Below, one piece after another: positions 1 through 13,174 of a stretch of DNA of 64,000 nucleotides. Position 1 is the first letter of the stretch. Every line of letters begins with the position of its first letter. A program made the translations under genes and the position numbers. The notes under the pieces are model-generated. The model was not told the origin of the DNA, ran no database searches, and was given only the letters and a program-made list of their open reading frames with translations. This DNA is from Perkinsus chesapeaki ATCC PRA-425 (taxonomy: Eukaryota > Protista > Perkinsozoa), in contig JAAPAO010000081.1 in the NCBI GenBank assembly GCA_013115145.1, forward strand, positions 24,182 to 88,181, given 5' to 3'.

Positions 1-1
1 T

Positions 2-226
2 TTTGTTGCAAAAAGGCAGGAGCTTCTCGCCGCGGATCACCCTGGCGAAGTCAGGTGGGACGACTTGGTGAACAGCGGCCTGTATTCCCTGTATCATGCG
101 ATCTACTCTCTAAGAGTGTTCGTAGATGATTGGGTTTGGATCGAATCGGCTGTCCTCGGATTGAAGCCTGTTGTCAGAGCACGATCCCGCGCCCTTAGCG
201 GCGCCCCCTGGACAACCCCTGTTTGA
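2..226 (+). CDS. 3' end of ALMT/FUSC-like transporter (array copy A, partial; begins before the window)
   Basis: Frame from nt 2 reads FVAKRQELL...GLYSLYHAIYSLRVFVDDWVWIESAVLGLKP...RSRALSGAP, stop at 224-226. It aligns by eye to the C-terminus of the next copy (FVARREVML...GLYGLFHSLYTLRVFVDEWVHMESRILGLKP...RSRALTGAP). Confidence 0.8.
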   Translation, partial: FVAKRQELLAADHPGEVRWDDLVNSGLYSLYHAIYSLRVFVDDWVWIESAVLGLKPVVRARSRALSGAPWTTPV

Positions 227-474
227 TAGTTTCCCATTGTATCACGTACGTATTCTGAACACAGTAATTACCGTTCATTTAGTCTTTAGTGTTTTCTGTT
301 CAGCAATCTACTTTGAATCATAGCAATTCTTTCCCCCTACTGTATACTGTACTGCACACTGTCATTTAGCCGTGATATGCTTCCTCGCGTCAGCCGCTGG
401 TGCTTGTTTCGGTGGGATAGTGTGATTGAGGCTAAGTGTTGGTAGGTTTTTGTTCCTCTTTAGTGTCCTACTCT

Positions 475-3090
475 ATGGTCGAGCGGCTCCCATCTATACC
501 GGTATACAAATTGCTCACAGCATTATACACGGGCGTGATGGCGTGCCTTTGTTCGTGGGCCATATTTATTACACCCGATGGCCGAGGCGCTAACATGACT
601 GTAAGTTGCTAAGTCACTAAACTGCTATTAGCAATGGCTTTTCCTCCAGGTACTTGCGCCAATCTGGGCTTTGGTTTCTTCCTTCCTTAACATCCACGAC
701 AATTACGATCAGTCTCTTAGATCCATTGCAGGTGCCTTTATTGGCCTCTTCTTCACTGAGCTTATTGCTATTGTCATCACAGCCGGCAACACCGTCGAGT
801 ATGACGATTGGATCGGCGTGGCCGTGGCGTTCCCTGTCTGCTTCCTCATGGCCCTTGGTGATGTGGCGACCGGCAGCAAGCTATCCAACGTATTCCGCTC
901 CGATGTGGCCATGGAGGCTATGTATATTCCTATTGCCTTCCCAGGCGGCCGGCCCTTCTTACATGGTGCGCTCACCGCTGCAGCTTTCATGGTTGGCTCT
1001 ACAGAATCGTTCATAGCTACTAGTATTCTCAACGCCTTCAACCTTCTTCCCCGTAAAGATCTGCCGGCAATACCGGCGTTCGCGAAGCGTGCAGCTGATT
1101 ACTACGAGACCTTAACGGCGTACTGGACTAGCGGTATGGAGCACAACGACTTCGTGGACCGTCAAAGAAAGGTCTTCGAGGAGTCTTGGAGAGCGGCCTC
1201 AAGAGAGGCGCCAACTCCAGAGCTTCGTAGTGTAATTTACCGCATGGCTTCCGGCCTGATCGCCCTGAGAGATACGATGAACGATGGCCGCTACAGTGAG
1301 GGAATGCTGGAACACATATGGCATCCGTTGATGCCCGATATTGTTGAACTGAGGCTCGAAGTGGTCTACTGGCTCAGGACCACAGCAAAGCCTATCAACA
1401 CCGAGAAGGACATCGAACAGACCGATCTTATGAACCTCGCAACTGAACTGAGCAGCAGACTCAGTCAGGAATCTATCTCATATAGTGAGAAGGTCCTCGA
1501 GGGCGAGTCCTCCCTGTCCCCAGCTAACGACATTGTGAGATTCCAGTTTGCCATGTCTCTGATTGCCAAGTTTGCTGTTCTGTCCGACGAGTTCTATACT
1601 TTAGTTCGACGCCAGCAGAAGGCAGAAGGACCTCCACTTAAATGGGTAAGATCTGGTCTCTATGCTGCTTGTTAGCATATGAATTTTTGCTCTTCTTTTA
1701 GTATAACTGGTGGGGCCGACTTACACGTTATCTCTCCGAATGCAAGAAGTATTGGATACATTGGTGGCATCTCCCATTTTGGGCCTACGGCAATATGACC
1801 CTCAGGCAGAGGCTCGTACATCCGTTGAGGCTGTCAATTACCATCACTGCTTTCGCGTTCCCCTTGGTAGCCTGGGCCCATCAGGATCCCCTTATCGAGA
1901 CCTTTGGGTTCTGGGCCTTGGTTCCCTTGTTGTTCTGCTTCTTGGGTACACCAGGAGCTTCATTGGTGAAGGGTACCAGGCGTATTGTTGGCACTATTCT
2001 GGCTGCTTGTCTTGGTATGGCTTGTATTGAGGGTAACTACAACAGCGTTCCGGCGTATGTTGTAGAGATGTTTGTTGCGGTGTCCATCGGCAAGCTAGGT
2101 GCTCTCTATTCTAACATCGATTACGCCGGTACTGTATTTGCTTTCACATGGATGTTGGTTGGTATTGTACCCACTCTGGGCTCGGAGCCTACGAAAGACG
2201 ATATGATCACCTGGGCACTGTGGCGTTTGGCCATGACGCTGATCGGCACTGTTGGCAATATGGTGGTAGCTACCTTCGTCTTCCCGACCTTCGCGTTTGA
2301 GAAGCTCAACGGCGAGACCGCTCACGAGCTCATGGCGCAATCCCAGCTGGTCTCGATGGCCATTGAACAGCTTTGCGCTGTGGAGAAGGGCCCATGCGTG
2401 AACCCTGATGACAAGCGTGTTGAGAGCGGTGATGAGTTCTTCAAGTCCGGTGATTATAGGTATCAGCTTCTTCCTGATGCCAAGGCCGAGGAACTGGTCC
2501 TCAATAGAACAGCTATCATTGACGACACCACTCGAGCCGTTATTAAGTCCCAATACGACGTAGACATGATGGGCCGTTCTTCCATGGTAGCTCATACGAC
2601 CATCTCGGACTGTACTCGCCAGATTGCTGACCCCACTATCACTCTTCTGTTGGACCCTCTTCGGTCTAGTCTACATAAAGTGGCTATCGCACTGAATGAT
2701 TCGGCTTCTAAGATGGCCTTGAAAATACTAGACCAGAGCAAGCGAGGCAGTAAGAGCATCAGAGAGTTCGAGCTGCCATATGAAAGCAGCCAAGTGAACG
2801 TTGAGATGCAACGAGCCCTCGACATCTTCGTTGCCAGAAGAGAGGTCATGCTTGCCGGTGACGAGAAGAATCTGGAAAGCTGGGCCAGCGCAATCCAGGG
2901 TGGCCTCTACGGCCTCTTCCATTCATTATATACATTGCGTGTGTTTGTCGACGAATGGGTCCATATGGAATCGCGAATCTTGGGCTTGAAGCCAGCGTCT
3001 CGCAGGTCTCGAGCACTCACTGGTGCTCCCGAAGAGTGGAGCAAGGATTCGTCGAAGACTCCTCGTCATGGTTCAATGGTCCAACTATAA
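475..3090 (+). CDS. ALMT/FUSC (aromatic acid exporter superfamily)-like multi-pass membrane protein, copy B, 3 exons
   Basis: ATG 475, intron gtaag..ccag (~601-649), ORF 671-1675, intron gtaag..tttag ending 1701, then in frame into ORF 1795-3090. Two hydrophobic halves; motif GTPGASLVKGTRRIVGT resembles the ALMT G(A)TLSKGLNRxxGT motif. Confidence 0.75.
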
Positions 3091-3932
3091 ACCACATATA
3101 TCACATTTACGTATCGTGCCCTTCTCTTACCATCATCTCCATTTTAGTGCCATAGTTGTCCGTCGCTGGTGACGGCAACTGTGCAGTTTGTCCTTCGGTG
3201 CTGTACGTGATACAATGCACAGTTTATCGCGTGCCGCCCTCCCTGGACGCCCGCAGTGATGACGCAACAGCCCGGAGGTAAGTGAGCATCTTGAATGATC
3301 TGTGAGTCTAGATTGTATAAATTGCGGATGTGTATAAACCCCTAGTGATTAAAGCTTAGGGTCGTACCATTGTGCAGATCGTTCAGTTTCTACTTGTGTC
3401 CACTGTCCAAACCTGTTTGCGGTAACTGAATGGTTTGATTGTTGTTGCAGAGTTGTACCCCCTTTCCTACTTGGAGAATACTGTTGGGTTGAAGCACTTC
3501 ATACTCAGGACTACGTATGTGCAGCAAGGCTACGCTTCTAGCTTTCTGCATTGCATTGTTTTTCGAATTTGAACTCACAATTGATATGCGCATCACCTTT
3601 AGGTAATTAGTAATTACTAACTACTTCAATTACTGACCCACTCCTCATTGTGATTGAACAAGGCGGTCGTATATCCGTTATCATCAAGACATAATTATAA
3701 TCCTTTTCACCATCTTATATTTCAGGCAATGGGCATCCTGCTGACTTGCGCTTCACTTCGTAGTTGTCATGCTTCCCATAATATCGGACACTTCATTGGT
3801 CATCATCTGTTTGCACTAATAACATATTTGCCTATGCTGCGCTCGGTCTACACCATAAAGGCGACACCTTTCTTGCACAGCGTACGCTGTGACTTGAGAA
3901 TCATTCTTTCAGTGCTTAGTGCCTTCATATTT

Positions 3933-6597
3933 ATGAAGCCTCGTTGCACGCCAACGTCTTACCAGCTCCCACAGTATCCTCGATACCGCCTGCAGGTTGC
4001 GGTCTATACCGGCATCCTCGTGTGTATCTGCGCTGTTCCTCAATTTGTCCCCGCACTTCAGCAGGCCCTGCAGCAGCACCTTTATGTAAGTCCGTATGCT
4101 CATCTATTTTGCCGAATGATGGTCTTTCATCTCGTACCTTTCCCGCGGACCCCCCCCCGTATTCTATCTTCCAGATACTGGCAATCATGTTCACCTCCGA
4201 TACTGCCACACTAAACTCCCAGACCTTTACCGTTGGCGCTTGGAATATCCTGATAACCATGTATGTCGGATCCTCTGTTGGTTGCATTATTGTTCTTCTT
4301 GAGACTGCTATGGGCGGCGGTGTCTACAACCACTTCTTTGGTGTATTGCTTGCATTCCCTTTTATACTGTTCTCTAGCATGGTCCAAGCAACCTCAAAGT
4401 GCAAACTGGCTGAGTTTTACAACTACATCAATGGCAATATGATGCTGGCTGCAGTAGTAGCTTTCTCTGATACCGAACCGCTCAAGTATATGTACTCTGC
4501 TATGTTCGCAGGCGCTCTATCGTTTGCCTTGCTTCTCGTATTAACATGGACCCTCAATCTCGTTGGTTTGCTCCCCTGCGCGGCCCCCGCACCTCTACCT
4601 GCGTTCGAGCATGCGGCCGCCACCAGTTTTCAAACTAATGTTTGGTACATCTTGGAACGCAATCTACACGAGCATGAGCTAGCCGAGCAAAGGAGGCTGC
4701 TATCCAATGCCCGCAAAGCAGCGCTATCCAACGTTACCGATCCTAGCCTGAGGCTCTGTATATACAGGATGATCAGTACGTTATATGGCTTACGGAGAGC
4801 TGCTCTATATGAACCCTTGAGTGAAGTTGCTGTGGTGAATCTTTGGGAGCCGATGCAGATGGAATTGGGAAAATTGGTTAACAGAGTTACCGCAATACTG
4901 AAACATGAGGTGGAAGTGGAAGATATTCCCGATTTGAAGGCTGCTGCACGTGATGCTCTTATTAAGATAAAAATAATTAGCATCGAGTATACTCGGGCAG
5001 TTGCTGATCAGAAGTCCGTTGTGATTTCTGCTAGAGAGATGGCTCGAGTAGAGTTTGCCATGTTAGCCATACCAAGATTTGCTATACTCGTTGATCGTTA
5101 CTTCAAGCTGAAAGGCAACCAGGAGACTCCAAGACCTTCAATCTGGAGCTACGTAATAAGTTTACGAAGTCACTAGTTGCATTTCTCAAGCAGGTACCCA
5201 TATCCCCTTCAATGAGACACCCCATTGCTTTCATTAAGCGCCCAACGTGGCCACCGGGAACGTCTTTACGAGATAAGTTAGCATTTCCTTTGAGGCTGGC
5301 TATCTCAATCACTATTGTGTCCGAAGCCGCTCTAGCAATTGGCCAAGTGTATCCTATCCTTCGTACTGAAGGCTATTGGTTCTGCCTCCCCGTGCTAACA
5401 TGCTTCCTCCCCACTGTTGGGTGGACTATCGTAAAGGGCTCAAGGCGCTTGCTGGGCGTTCTACTCGGAGGTTCTCTTGCTATGCTGATTGTCTACATCA
5501 ATTCGATGGACATTCCTGCTGTGATGGTGGAGCTCTTCCTAGTGGCTTCTGTGGGAAAGTTCTTCGCCCAAGACCCAAGGGTTGGTTACTTTGGCTACCA
5601 AACTGTTACAACGTTTTCTATTGTTGGCGTCTGCAATGCTCTGGACTCGGAACTGGATGGTGATGCTCGCATAGCTTTGGCCTGGCTACGAATGCTGTTC
5701 ACAATGACGGGACTGTTCACCGCTATCTTCCTATCATTGGTATCGTCCCCGTCATTCTGTGGTCGCCGCCTGGCATTACAAACCAGCAAGGAGCTCGTTT
5801 GTATGTCCAATGCAGTTTCAGCGTTAGTCGAAGGAATAATCTCCAGAGAGCCTGATGGCTTCACATTCCCAGAGCACGGTCTGCCTACAATGGTCGAAAT
5901 GGGTTTGACTCTTCTCAATGAAGACAACGCTCGCTCGGCAGAGAAGCCTTGGTTCCGTGAAGAAGCTGTGTATCTCCAGCTTATCCATGCTAGCTCAACG
6001 CGCTGCTCCGTCCCTGCCAAGTGTCTTTCCGCCGCTCAGGATGATGTTGCGAGGCTCAGCAGAAGTACCGTCGTTGTTGAAGAAGTGTTTCGGAGTTGTT
6101 ACAGGACGATGAGCCCAGCAGCCGACAGACTGCTGCTGGATCCTATCAGACCTTTATTAGATGACGTCGCGAGACATCTGCAACGATCGGCTCAAGAATT
6201 GGATCGTACACTGCGCAGCATCGTGGACCCAGAGTTCGCAGTACGCTGGGCTGAGGAAACCTTGGAGTCAATGCTGTATTTGTATGCTACATTCGATGAG
6301 AACAGGACAAAGCTTCTTTTCAAACGTACCTGGGCAGCCGAAGGTGAAGTAACTGACTCTACCCATATGATCCAAGTTATGAGTAGTGGCGGTGTCGGCC
6401 TTCATGAAGCTATCCATGCTATAAACACATTTATAGAAGATTGGGTTACGGTTGTTAACAAGCTGTTGGGATGTCAACTGAGTATCCCTAACTCTGCGGT
6501 GGAAGCTAGCATTTCTTCTCTTGAGATGTTCGAGACCAAAGCAGTCTCTGACGGCAACGGTATTCCCCGCATCCGAGCTGGCACTTGCGCATACTAA
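3933..6597 (+). CDS. ALMT/FUSC-like transporter, copy C, 3 exons
   Basis: Exon 1 MKPR..LPQYPRYRLQV, then ORF 3944-5176, then intron gtaat..gcag joining in frame to ORF 5212-6597. Motif PTVGWTIVKGSRRLLG. Confidence 0.8.
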
Positions 6598-6956
6598 ACC
6601 GTTCAGTGTGGTGTACTGCTCAAGTATAATATGTTTTAACGTCTTTGTGTCTTATTTCCTTTTCCGTGCGTCTTCCAAATTGAACAAGGATATCGCATAA
6701 CGTTAGGATTTGCGTGGGTAGGTACTTTAGTTCCTTTATAGGAGAATAATAACTTTTGTGTTTCCGGTGGGTAAGACATTCACGGCCTTCGTCATGCTCG
6801 CTTAACCACTCGCCCACATTATCTAGTTCGTTGCTCAGCTTGGCTCACGCCCTTCTCTGGTGGACGTCCTTGCTTGAGACAGGCTCTTTATCGTGGCACT
6901 ATATTGTCGATCTTGTGCTGCTAGTTCTCTCCGATAGGTTCAGTGATATTGTACGT

Positions 6957-9619
6957 ATGGCAACGAAGTCTCGTGCCGCTTCCGTGCCATCCCGCCTGCC
7001 GCAGTATCCTCGATACCGACTGCAGGTTGCGGCGTATGCCGGCTTTCTAGCGTGTATCTGCGCTGTTCCGCAATTCCTCCCTACACTTCAGCGAACACTG
7101 CAGCAGCACCTTTATGTAAGTCAGTATTCCTGTCATTTCTAGTGGATTTCATAATTTTTTTCCTCTTCATATTTGGTATTTCAGGTAATGGCCATCCTGT
7201 TTACTTACGCCGCAGCCACGCTCAACTCTAAAACCTTCATGGTTGGTCCCTGGAATCTTCTGATATCTATTTGCACTGGATCCTCTGTTGGTTATGCTAT
7301 CGTTCTTCTCGAGACTGCTATGGGCGGCGGTGTCTACAACCACTTCTTTGGTGTTTTGCTTGCATTCCCTTTTATACTGTTGTCTAGCATGGTCCAAGCA
7401 ACATCAAAGTGCAAGCTGGCTGAGTTTTACTCGTATATTCCCGGTAACTTAATGATCGTAGCTGTTGTTGCATTCTCTGCATCCGAGCCGTTAAGGTGTT
7501 TGTACTCGGCTATGTTCGCAGGTGTTTTCATGTTTGTGGTACTCCTCACAATAACAGGGGCACTTAATATCCTTGGTTTGCTCCCACTCGCAGCACCCGA
7601 ACCTCTGGCTGCCTTTGAGCATGCAGCTGCTACTGGTTTTCAAATGAGTGTATGCTATGTTCTGGACGGTGATCTACACCAGCGTGAGATGGCGGAGCAG
7701 CGCCAACAGCTAGTGATTGCCCGCCGAGCAGCCTTAACCAGCGCATCCGATGCCAATCTCAGGCTTTGCATATTTAGAATGATTAGTACTTTGTATGGTT
7801 TGCGGAGAGCTGCACGATATGAGCCCTTCAGTGAGACCGCAGTGATACATTTATGGGAGCCGATGCAGATGGAGTTGGGAAGATTGGTTACCAAAGTTAC
7901 CGCACTACTGAAGCACGAGGTGGAAGTGGAAGATATTCCCGATTTAAAGGCTGCTGCACGTGATGCTCTTATTAAGATAAAAAAGATTAGCATCGAGTAT
8001 ACTCGGGCAGTTGCTGATCAGAAGTCCGTTGTGATTTCTGCTAGAGAGATGGCTCGAGTAGAGTTTGCCATGTTAGCCATACCAAGATTTGCAATACTCG
8101 TTGATCGTTACTTCAATCTAAAAGAGAAGCAGGAAACTCCAAGACCTTCAATCTGGAGCTACGTAAAAACCTTGCAAATGCCACTGTTACTTTCCCATTT
8201 CTCAAGCAGGTACCCATATCCCCTTCAATGAGACACCCCATTGCTTTCATTAAGCGCCCAATGTGGCCACCGGGAATGTCTTTTCGAGATAAGTTAGCAT
8301 TTCCTTTAAGGCTGGCTGTCTCGATCACTATCACGGTTGAAGCCGCCTTGGGAGTTGGCCAAGCGTATCCTATCCTTCGTACAGAGGGCTTTTGGTTCTG
8401 CCTGCCAGTGTTAACATGCTTCCTTCCCACCGTCGGATGGACCATAGGGAAGGGCTCAAGGCGTATGCTTGGTGTTTTGATTGGCGGTGCTCTTGCTATG
8501 CTGATTGTTTACGTCAACTCGATGAATATTCCTGCTGTGATGGTGGAGCTCTTCCTCGTCGCTTCTGTGGGGAAGTTTTTCACCCTAGACCCGAGAATTG
8601 GTTATTTGGGATTTCAAACTGTTGTCACTTTCACTATTGTTGGCGTCTGTAATGCTCTCGATCCTGCACTGGATGGCGATATTCGCATAACCCTGGCGTG
8701 GCTGCGAATGCTATTGACCGTTTTAGGGTTATGCACCGCTATCTTCCTATCATTGATATCGTACCCGTCATTCTGTGGAAGGCGCCTAGCAGTGCAAACC
8801 AGCAAAGAGCTTCTCTGCGCGTCCGATGCAGTGTCGGCACTGGTGAAAGGAGTGACAGCCAGAGAGCCCGATGGCTCAGTAAGCCCAGAAGAGCGTGGCA
8901 TGCCTACAATGGTCGACATCGGCATGAGTCTGTTGAAGGAAGATAGCGCTCGATTGGCGGAGAGGCCGTGGTTCGATGAAGAGGCTATGTATCTCCAGTT
9001 TATTCATGCTAATCCAACGCGCTGCTCTGTCTCTGCAAAGTGTCTTGCCGCCGCTCAGGGTGATGTGGCGCGGCTCAGCAGAAGTGCCGTTGTCGTTGAA
9101 CAAGCTTTTTGGAGTTGCGACAAGAAGATGAGCCCGGCAACCGATAGGCTTCTTCTGGGCCCCATCAAACCTTTATTAAATGATGTTGTAAAACACCTAC
9201 AACTATCGGCTCAAGCTTTGGACGGTACACTGCATGGAGTCGTAGACACAAAGCCTGCAATCTGTTTGGCAGAGGAGACACTAGAACTGATGCTATATTT
9301 ATATGCTACGTTCGAGGAGAATAGAGCGAATCTACTTTTTAAGCGCACCTGGGCAGCTGAGGGTGAAGTAACCGAGTCTACTCATATGGTTGAGGTCATG
9401 AACAGTGGTGGCGGTGTCGGTCTCCATGAAGCAATACACGCTATAAATGCGTTCGTGGAGGACTGGGTTACGGTTGTAAACAGTTTATTGGCGTGCCAAC
9501 TCAGTATCCCTAATTCGGCAGCTGAAGCGCCTGTCTCATCGTTCGGAAGCATCGATACATGTCCGGGCTCCACTAATAGCGAGTTTACCCGCCTGCGAGC
9601 TGGCACTTGCGCATATTAA
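6957..9619 (+). CDS. ALMT/FUSC-like transporter, copy D, 3 exons
   Basis: Same exon layout as copy C; ORFs 7173-8231 and 8228-9619 are paralogous to copy C. Confidence 0.8.
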
Positions 9620-10022
9620 ACTCAGCATGTGTTCTCTATGCATCCTATATTATTAAGCCTTTGTATCCTATTTCCTTTCCCATACGCACTCCTGATTGAA
9701 CAAGGAAGTCATATAACGTTGAACTTGATCTGGATAGATTCCTTATTTGCTTATCCTCTGGAGTATAGTCGTTGCGTTCCCGTGCGTGGCAGCGCTTTTG
9801 GCCTCTGCGATGAAGGGTCCTTGTGGTTCTCAGCGAAGACTCAATGAAGATTCTCACTAACAACCTCACCCCCGGGGTGAGTCACCCCCAACGTGCATCC
9901 TATCAACTTCGCATTGGTGGACTTGCGCTTTTTCCCTTCACACCGTTGTTTAAGTGTCGTTGAGCTGCCTTGGCGAACTTGTGCTGCTAGTTCTCTACGA
10001 TAGCTTCAGTGATATTGTACGT

Positions 10023-12742
10023 ATGACAACGAAGTCTCGTGGCGCTTCCGTGCCATACCGCCTCCCGCAGTATCCTCGATACCGACTGCAGGTTGCGGCG
10101 TATGCCGGCTTTCTAGCGTGTATCTGCGCAGTTCCGCAATTCTTGCCTACACTCCAGCGAACACTGCAGCAACATCTTTATGTGAGTAGCAGCGGCCGTC
10201 CCTACCGATTTTGTTGCAGCAGCAATGGATTGGTTGGCTTCGGCTTCGTACGGTTCTCTATGCTCCGGCCTCTGTGGTGATTGTTCAACTTAGCTGTTAT
10301 TGCATTTCAGGTGATGGCCATCATGTATACGTATGGAGGAGCAACGCTTAACTCGAAGGCCTTCAAGGTTGGCCCTTGGCGACTTCTGATAACTTCTTGT
10401 CTTGGATCCTCTGTTGGTTATGCTATCGTTCTTCTCGAAACTGCTATGGGCGGCGGTGTCTACAACCACTTCTTTGGTGTTTTGCTTGCATTCCCTTTTA
10501 TACTATTGTCCAGCATGGTCCAAGCAACATCAAAGTGCAAACTGGCTGAATTCTATTCCTATATCAATGGCAACTTAATGCTCATATCAGTCGTCGCTTT
10601 CTCCGGTACCGAGGCTCTCAAGTGTATGTACTCTGCCATTTTCGCAGGAGTTCTGTCCTTTGTTGTATTGTTCGTTTGCACGGGGACACTCGATCTTCTT
10701 GGTTTGCTGCCACTTGCAGCTCCCGAGCCCCTATCGGCATTCGAACACGCTGCGGCCACCAGTTTCCAATCGAACGTCAGTTACATTCTGGATGGAGACC
10801 TGCATCTTCGTGAACTCACAGAGCAGCGACAACAATTGGTCAGTGCTCGTAAAGCAGCATTAGCCAGCGTCCCCGATGCTGACCTGCGGCTCTGTATCTT
10901 CCGAATGACGAGTACGCTCTATGGCCTACGGAGAGCTGCACGATTTGAGCCTTTCAGTGAAGCCGCAGTGGTACATTTGTGGGAGCCGATGCAGATGGAG
11001 TTGGGAAGATTGGTTACCAAAGTTACCGCACTACTAAAGCATGAGGTGGAAGTGGAAGATATTCCCGATTTGAAGGCTGCTGCACGTGATGCTCTTATTA
11101 AAATAAAAAAGATTAGCATCGAGTATACTCGGGCAGTTGCTGATCAGAAGTCCGTTGTGATTTCTGCTAGAGAGATGGCTCGAGTAGAGTTTGCCATGTT
11201 AGCCATACCAAGATTTGCAATACTCGTTGATCGTTACTTCAAGCTGAAGGGTAGTCGCGGTGCTCCAAAGCCATCCTTCTGGCGCTATGTAATAACCTTG
11301 TAAATGTCACTGTTACTTTCCCATTTCTCGAGTAGGTACCCATATCCCCTTCAATGAGACACCCCATTGCTTTCATTAAGCGCCCAATGTGGCCACCGGG
11401 AACGTCTTTACGAGATAAGTTAGCATTTCCTTTGAGGCTGGCTATCTCGATCACTATTGTGTCCGAAGCCGCTCTAGCAATTGGCCAAGTGTATCCTATT
11501 GTTCTCACTGAAGGCTTGTGGTTTGCACTACCTGTGGTAACATGCTTCCTTCCCACCGTCGGATGGACCATAGGGAAGGGCTCAAGGCGTATGCTTGGTG
11601 TTTTGATTGGCGGTGCTCTTGCTATGCTGATTGTTTACGTCAACTCGATGAATATTCCTGCAGTGATGGTGGAGCTCTTCCTCGTCGCTTCTGTGGGGAA
11701 GTTTTTTACCCAAGACCCGAGAATTGGTTACCTTGGGTTCCAAATTGTCACAACATTCACTGTTGTTGGCGTCTGCAATGCTCTCGATCCCGTACTGGAT
11801 GCCGATGCTCGCATAACTCTGGCCTGGCTTCGAATGCTATTAACAGTCACGGGGTTATGCACCGCTATCTTTCTATCATTGATATCGTTTCCGTCCTTCT
11901 GCGGTCGCCGTCTGGCGTTGCAAACCAGCAAAGAGCTTCTCTGCGCATCTAACGCAGTATCAGCGCTAGTCGAGGGAATCATCGCCAGGAAGCCCGACGG
12001 CTCGACGGACCCAGAAGAGCACGGTCTGCCTACTGTGGTCGAAACCGGTTTGAGTCTGTTAAAGGAAGACAGCGCTCGTCTAGCAGAGAAAGCGTGGTTC
12101 GCCGAGGAAGCCGTGTATCTCGCGCTGGTCCGTGGCAGCTCAACGCGCTGCTCCGTCCCTGCCAAGTGTCTTGCTGCCGCTCAAGATGATGTTGCGAGGC
12201 TCAGCAGAAGTGCTGTCGTTGTCGAACAAGTCTTCTGGAGCTGCGACAAGAAGATGAGTCCAGCAACCGATAGACTGCTTCTTGATCCTATTAGACCTTT
12301 GTTGGACGATCTTGCAAAACATCTGCAACGGTCGGCTCAAGAGTTAGATCGTACAATGCGCAGCATCGTGGACCCAGAGTCCGCAGTACGCTGGGCTGAA
12401 GAAACCTTGGAGTCAATGCTGTATTTGTATGCTACATTTGATGAGAACAGAACAAAGCTTCTTTTCAAACGTACCTGGGCAGCCGAAGGTGAAGTAACTG
12501 ACTCTACCCATATGATAGAAGTTATGAGCAGTGGTGGCGGTGTCGGCCTTCATGAAGCTATCCATGCTATAAACGCATTTATAGAAGATTGGGTTACGGT
12601 TGTTAACAAGCTTTTCGCGTGCCAGCTGAGCGTTCCTAACTCCGCTGGTGAAGAAAGTGTTATGTCTTTCGGAAGTCTTGACACCAGTACAGGCTCTAAT
12701 GACAGTGGTATTCGTAGGAGAGCTGAAACGTGTTCATACTGA
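10023..12742 (+). CDS. ALMT/FUSC-like transporter, copy E, 3 exons
   Basis: Exon 1 MTTKSRG..LPQYPRYRLQV; ORFs 10281-11303 and 11354-12742 are paralogous to copies C and D. Confidence 0.8.
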
Positions 12743-13174
12743 GTCTCCTGGCAGTATTCTGAGATGCCTCTCAGTGGTACGTATTTTCCCTTCGCTTCGC
12801 CGTGTGGGCTCCATCACCAAGCCACACGGTATACTCGCTGTTTAGTTGCTTTATGTGGAAGACCATTCATACACTGTCGAATTCCTTCTTTCCGTATTTA
12901 CTTGTATTGTGTTTGACCTTACAGGCCTTTTCTTCGTCCATCTATGTCGACAGCCCTTTAAGCTCGCCTCCGTACTCGCTGAAAAGTCATTTCAGTGGGC
13001 CCAGCATGTCGGTTTAAACAACCATCGCTAGCACGGTATTGAGACAAATAATGCGTTCTGATACCCTTTCAAATTCCTCTTGCGCAGCGCTCGTACAAAA
13101 TAGATAGGATGTACCAGATTGTTTCCCTTGTCTTCCTCCAGCGTATTTTCCTGCTGCTCAGTTCGCATATATGT

